Shown here one piece after another: positions 60,107-64,000 of a stretch of DNA of 64,000 nucleotides (positions are counted from its first letter, which is position 1; each line of letters opens with the position of its first letter). The notes under the pieces were generated by a model. It ran no database searches. It saw only the letters and a list, made by a program, of their open reading frames with translations, and was not told the DNA's origin. A program made the translations under genes and the position numbers. Source of the DNA: an uncultured Alphaproteobacteria bacterium (lineage in GTDB: Bacteria > Pseudomonadota > Alphaproteobacteria > CAAHEQ01 > UBA3637); contig CAKPYH010000004.1 of assembly GCA_934202735.1 (NCBI GenBank), forward strand, positions 73,407 to 137,406, written 5' to 3'.

Positions 60107-60686
60107 ATTGGTTTTAGCCACCCATAACGCACATAAATTATCCGAAGTACAGGCGATCTTGGCTCCCTTGGGCATACAGGTATTGGGGGGGACCGATGTC
60201 GGCTTGCACGATGTGCCGGAAACCGGGTCAACGTTTCAAGAAAACGCCTTGTTGAAAGCACGCGCCGCTTATCATCAGATTCACTTGCCGGTGTTGGCCG
60301 ATGATTCGGGCCTGTGTATTACGGCTCTTAATGGGGGACCGGGGCTATATTCCGCCCGTTTTGCGGCCGATCACGGGGGATATCCGGCGGTTTTTGACAC
60401 CGTTTGGCAACAAATGGGAAACAATCCCGATCGATCGGCTTATTTCATGTGCTGCATGGCTTTGGTGGCAGGGCCAGCGCCAACGGACGAACATATTTTT
60501 GAAGGAAAAATGACCGGTCAGATTGCCGCGGGTGCCACAGGCACACACCTGTTCGGATACGATCCGATCTTCATTCCCGATGGTTATACCGAAACATGCG
60601 GTGTCTTGGATCCCGATGTCAAAAACAAGATTTCTCACCGGGCCAAAGCTTTGGCGAAATTGACGGCTTTTTTACAAAAGGTTTAG
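60093..60686 (+). CDS. rdgB: dITP/XTP pyrophosphatase RdgB (Ham1 family)
   Basis: [23 protein letters not shown].. motifs. Confidence 0.9.
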   Translation: MSITKLVLATHNAHKLSEVQAILAPLGIQVLGGTDVGLHDVPETGSTFQENALLKARAAYHQIHLPVLADDSGLCITALNGGPGLYSARFAADHGGYPAVFDTVWQQMGNNPDRSAYFMCCMALVAGPAPTDEHIFEGKMTGQIAAGATGTHLFGYDPIFIPDGYTETCGVLDPDVKNKISHRAKALAKLTAFLQKV

Positions 60687-61255
60687 TTTTCCATTTTGGG
60701 ACGGGTCAAAAAAATAATTTTTTCCACACCGACCGTATTTTTCAAGCGGGCCCAAACGGCTTCCTGTTCCGCCACCGATGCCGTAATGCCCATTAAATAA
60801 ACCGTACCGTTTTCCAAAACTAATTTATAATTGACGGAAGATATATCCGGTGTCAAAGCCAGAGCCGTTTTGATTTGTGTGGCAACTGCGGCTTCCAAAG
60901 CCGTATCTTTCAGGGCCGGTGCCGAATCCAAACGTACATAGTTATATACTTTACGGACACCCGGAACAGACCAAACGGCCGATAAAATGGCCTGGACGGT
61001 TTCCGCATTCGGAACGGCACCGGTCAATAAGACAGATCCCTCAAAAACGGTTACTTCTATATCTACCACCAAAGCGGCTTTTTGACGGGCCAAAGCATCC
61101 CGAATTTGCAGATTTAACTGCACATCGGCCCAATCATCGGCCACAGTCCGGTCATCGGCCACAATCGTGTACAGCCGGTGCCCGCCATTGATCAGCGTAC
61201 CCCATAGTTGACACCCGCCCAGGCAGCAGCAGATTCCAAAAAACAAGGCTCTTTT
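60683..61255 (-). CDS. BON-domain lipoprotein (DolP/YraP/OsmY-like), start MKRALFF
   Basis: Lipobox LGGC; two BON-like repeats. Confidence 0.65.
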   Translation of the reverse strand, partial: KRALFFGICCCLGGCQLWGTLINGGHRLYTIVADDRTVADDWADVQLNLQIRDALARQKAALVVDIEVTVFEGSVLLTGAVPNAETVQAILSAVWSVPGVRKVYNYVRLDSAPALKDTALEAAVATQIKTALALTPDISSVNYKLVLENGTVYLMGITASVAEQEAVWARLKNTVGVEKIIFLTRPKMEN

Positions 61256-61620
61256 CATAGCACACTCCATGCATTCGGAATATGCCGGGGCCACCGATGC
61301 GGAGCCAACAACACGGCATCGTAGCGGATCTGATACCCTTGATACCGCGGGTTATGTTGCAAAAAGACGGCCGATGTGCGGGCCACACGGACCTGATTTT
61401 GAACTGTAATCGCTTCCATCGCCCGGATCAAAGTCGGCCGATATTTGACTTCTATAAAAGCCAATGTGCGTCCCCGTACCATAATCAAGTCCACTTCGCC
61501 GGCCCCGGTTCCCCGTCCGACCACATAGTTCAAGCGGACCGGCCGCCACCCCTGACACATCAGAAAAATCAAAGCAACTTTTTCGGCCCAATGGCCCCGC
61601 GTATGATTACTGAGCATCAT
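61255..61620 (-). CDS. yraN: YraN family (UPF0102) putative endonuclease
   Basis: GHWAEKVALIFLMCQGW..GEVDLIMVRGRTLAFIEVKYR. Confidence 0.7.
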   Translation of the reverse strand: MMLSNHTRGHWAEKVALIFLMCQGWRPVRLNYVVGRGTGAGEVDLIMVRGRTLAFIEVKYRPTLIRAMEAITVQNQVRVARTSAVFLQHNPRYQGYQIRYDAVLLAPHRWPRHIPNAWSVL

Positions 61621-62437
61621 GGGCAGCCAATACCTGTTTATAAACTTGTTGTTTGGGCAATCCCGTCATATCCGCTATCATTTGAACGGTATCGCGTACA
61701 CTGTGGTGTGCCAACGTTTCGGTAATTAAAGCCGCTACTTGCACGTCCGTCCAGGTACTTTGCGCTTTGTCCGGACGGTCAATCACCAAAACCAATTCGC
61801 CTTTGGGTTCACCGTTTTCGGTATAAAACGCGATGAGTTCCGACACGGTTCCTCGGCGGACCTCCTCAAACTTTTTTGTGATTTCACGCACCACCGCCAT
61901 AGGCCGATTACCCAAGATTGCCTGAATATCCGTCAACATATCGGTCAGGCGGTTAGGCGTTTCATAAAAAACCAACGTTGCCGGCAAAGACGCAACCGCC
62001 CGTAAAGAGGCCCGTCTTCCGGACGACTTCGGGGATAAAAAACCACCGAAATAAAACGAATCAGACGGCAAGCCTGACAGTTGCAACGCCGACAAAACGG
62101 CATTGGCCCCCGGTACGGTTGTAACGGTAATACCGGCTTCATAGCAGTCCCGAACCAATTTATACCCCGGATCTGATACTAGGGGTGTACCGGCATCGGA
62201 GACCAAGGCCACCGATACACCGTGGCGCAGTTTTTCAATCAGTTTCGGTCGCACGGTATCGGCATTATGTTCATGATAAGGCATCATAGCGGCCGCGTGA
62301 ATCCCCAACAAGGAGAACAGTTGCCCGCTGGTCCGTGTATCTTCACACGCCACCAAATCCACAGATTTCAGGACCTGTCGGGCGCGATCCGATATATCCC
62401 CTAAATTTCCGATCGGTGTAGACACCAAATACAACAT
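61607..62437 (-). CDS. rsmI: 16S rRNA (cytidine1402-2'-O)-methyltransferase RsmI
   Basis: MLYLVSTPIGNLGDISDRARQVLKSVDLVACEDTR tetrapyrrole-methylase fold. Confidence 0.9.
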   Translation of the reverse strand: MLYLVSTPIGNLGDISDRARQVLKSVDLVACEDTRTSGQLFSLLGIHAAAMMPYHEHNADTVRPKLIEKLRHGVSVALVSDAGTPLVSDPGYKLVRDCYEAGITVTTVPGANAVLSALQLSGLPSDSFYFGGFLSPKSSGRRASLRAVASLPATLVFYETPNRLTDMLTDIQAILGNRPMAVVREITKKFEEVRRGTVSELIAFYTENGEPKGELVLVIDRPDKAQSTWTDVQVAALITETLAHHSVRDTVQMIADMTGLPKQQVYKQVLAAHDAQ

Positions 62438-62519
62438 TCCGAAATCCTTTCATTTTCAGGCTTGAAAAAAACGACAAAATGGAGTATACCATATAAAAAG
62501 AAAAAGGAAAAGGGTTTGT

Positions 62520-63788
62520 ATGATGAAAATGAAAATTATTTTGGCCGTTCTTTGGGTAGCGTTAATCACAGGGTGTCAAACCCGGCGCGGTGAAGATTTT
62601 GTCTGGGATAACTTGGGCACAGATGAAACCGTGCAGGTCGGCCTGACACGGCCCGTCCGGGCGGTCATGTTATTGCCTTTGACGGGCAAGAGTGCCGCCG
62701 CCGGCCAAGCGTTTCGCAACGGGGGCATGATGGCCTTGCAGGAGCACCCGGATAGTCCCCTGCGGTTGTTATTCTTTGATACCCAAGGTACCGCAGACGG
62801 AACCCGGGCCGCTTGGCAAGAAGCCAAACATTTGAACCCCGATGTTATCATCGGTCCCGTGTTTGCCTCATCTGTGACGGCCTTAAAGAACGAATCACCC
62901 CGTGCGCCCGTTATTTCCTTTACAACCGATCATACCGTTTTGGAGTCGGATATTTACACCATGGGGATTTTAATTCCCAATCAAGTGGATCGCTTGGTGC
63001 AATACATGTGTGAAGCGGGGCATAAAAACATTGCCGTCATGGGCCCCGAGGACAAAACAGGGGAATTGACCATGAATGCCTTGATGAGTACCGTCAAACG
63101 GTGTCCCGGCATGCAAGTCAATAAAATATCCCTGTATGCCCCCGATACGGTGAACTTTAACCCTGCGGTGTTGAAAATTGTACCCAAACCCGTCAACCCC
63201 AAGAAAAAAGACCTGACCGAAGAAGAAAAAATCATCTTGGCCACACCGATTCAAGAACGCTTGGATTTTGATGCCTTGTTCTTGTTTGATGACGGCGTTC
63301 GGTTGCAGCAGGTGGCTTCATTGCTGTCCTATTATGATCTTACACCCAAAGTTATACCGTTTTACGGCTTGGCAAACTGGCAAACCGTGAAAGATAAAAG
63401 CATGGAAAACGGAATCTTTGTTTCCACACCGACCACACGGGTACGCCGGTTTTCCGTACGCTATAACGCACTGTTTGGCGCGCAACCGCCACGGATTGCG
63501 TCCTTGGCATACGATACCGTCTCTCTGATGGCCGTCTTGGCGGAAAAACAGGCTCTGACCACCGGCAATTTAGAGCAGGAGCAAGGATTTAACGGAGTCA
63601 ACGGCCGTTTCCGTTTTCACCGAAACGGCACCAATGAACGGTTGTTGGAAATCTTCCGGTTCCCCCGCAATATGCGCCCGGAAACGTTTGAACCCGCCCC
63701 CGCCACATTCCCGGATCCGGATACGTTTTTCGTGACCCCCGAACCGGATATACAAGAAACGGGGAATCCGTTGTCCCCCGTTGAATAA
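62520..63788 (+). CDS. LpoA-like penicillin-binding protein activator / periplasmic binding protein fold lipoprotein
   Basis: Lipobox ITGC; divergent from rsmI as in enterobacterial rsmI-lpoA. Confidence 0.55.
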   Translation: MMKMKIILAVLWVALITGCQTRRGEDFVWDNLGTDETVQVGLTRPVRAVMLLPLTGKSAAAGQAFRNGGMMALQEHPDSPLRLLFFDTQGTADGTRAAWQEAKHLNPDVIIGPVFASSVTALKNESPRAPVISFTTDHTVLESDIYTMGILIPNQVDRLVQYMCEAGHKNIAVMGPEDKTGELTMNALMSTVKRCPGMQVNKISLYAPDTVNFNPAVLKIVPKPVNPKKKDLTEEEKIILATPIQERLDFDALFLFDDGVRLQQVASLLSYYDLTPKVIPFYGLANWQTVKDKSMENGIFVSTPTTRVRRFSVRYNALFGAQPPRIASLAYDTVSLMAVLAEKQALTTGNLEQEQGFNGVNGRFRFHRNGTNERLLEIFRFPRNMRPETFEPAPATFPDPDTFFVTPEPDIQETGNPLSPVE

Positions 63789-63795
63789 TCTGCCT

Positions 63796-64000
63796 TTACC
63801 GCCCCCGGCGATTGGCCGCTACATGCATTAAATCCGGTGGCAATTTCGGCACGCGGACTTGTTCCAACTCATCCAATTTGAACTGTACCCTTTCACCGTT
63901 GCCGACCCGTTTCACCATATCTTCAAAAAAAGCGGATAATTCTTTGGTATCACCGGTCAACGGGCGGACATTATCGGGATTGGGCAGTCCCTTATCCAGC
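63796..64000 (-). CDS. 3' end of unidentified gene running off window (C-terminus ..LPPDLMHVAANRRGR)
   Basis: Open frame to window edge, stop TAA at 63796-63798, core-like GC. Confidence 0.25.
   Translation of the reverse strand, partial: LDKGLPNPDNVRPLTGDTKELSAFFEDMVKRVGNGERVQFKLDELEQVRVPKLPPDLMHVAANRRGR

Overview
This 64 kb window has three compositional classes. From 46.7 to 64 kb there is a GC-rich (~57%) core chromosome. From 14.0 to 43.5 kb there is a decayed lambda-like siphovirus prophage (~48% GC), entirely on the minus strand. Throughout there are AT-rich (~30% GC) accessory blocks: 1-14 kb, at least 8 moron-like insertions inside the prophage, and 43.5-46.3 kb.

Core chromosome (gamma/beta-proteobacterial-looking): rsmI-yraN-BON lipoprotein divergent from an lpoA-like gene, obg-rsfS, dnaB, an ampD-like amidase, grpE, rph-rdgB, birA, RNase J, sufE, GT2 genes, TraX, and a META lipoprotein.

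Prophage, in minus-strand order:
- terminase-A C-terminal fragment and gpW
- split portal
- truncated S49 prohead protease (capsid absent)
- major tail protein
- G/GT chaperone with a -1 frameshift
- tape measure
- minor tail and tail-fibre genes
- NlpC/P60 K-like protein
- I/J-like tip protein
- endolysin, holin, Rz/Rz1

The island abuts tRNA-Lys(UUU) at 46518-46594. The AT-rich blocks carry:
- LOG and SLOG proteins
- two complete GlyRS systems (glyQS, glyQ-glyS) flanking a 7-gene biosynthetic-like operon that begins with a SerRS paralog
- a Panacea-domain TA pair
- a 2TM protein
- a radical-SAM / MTase::ASCH / P-loop kinase operon
- a UvrD-like helicase
- Nudix and CYTH-like genes
- a minimal reverse transcriptase with an upstream non-coding region
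- Fic
- a NADAR + PRTase pair
- several GNAT and Nudix genes

No integrase, CRISPR array or rRNA was seen. All calls come from reading motifs by eye; no searches were run.
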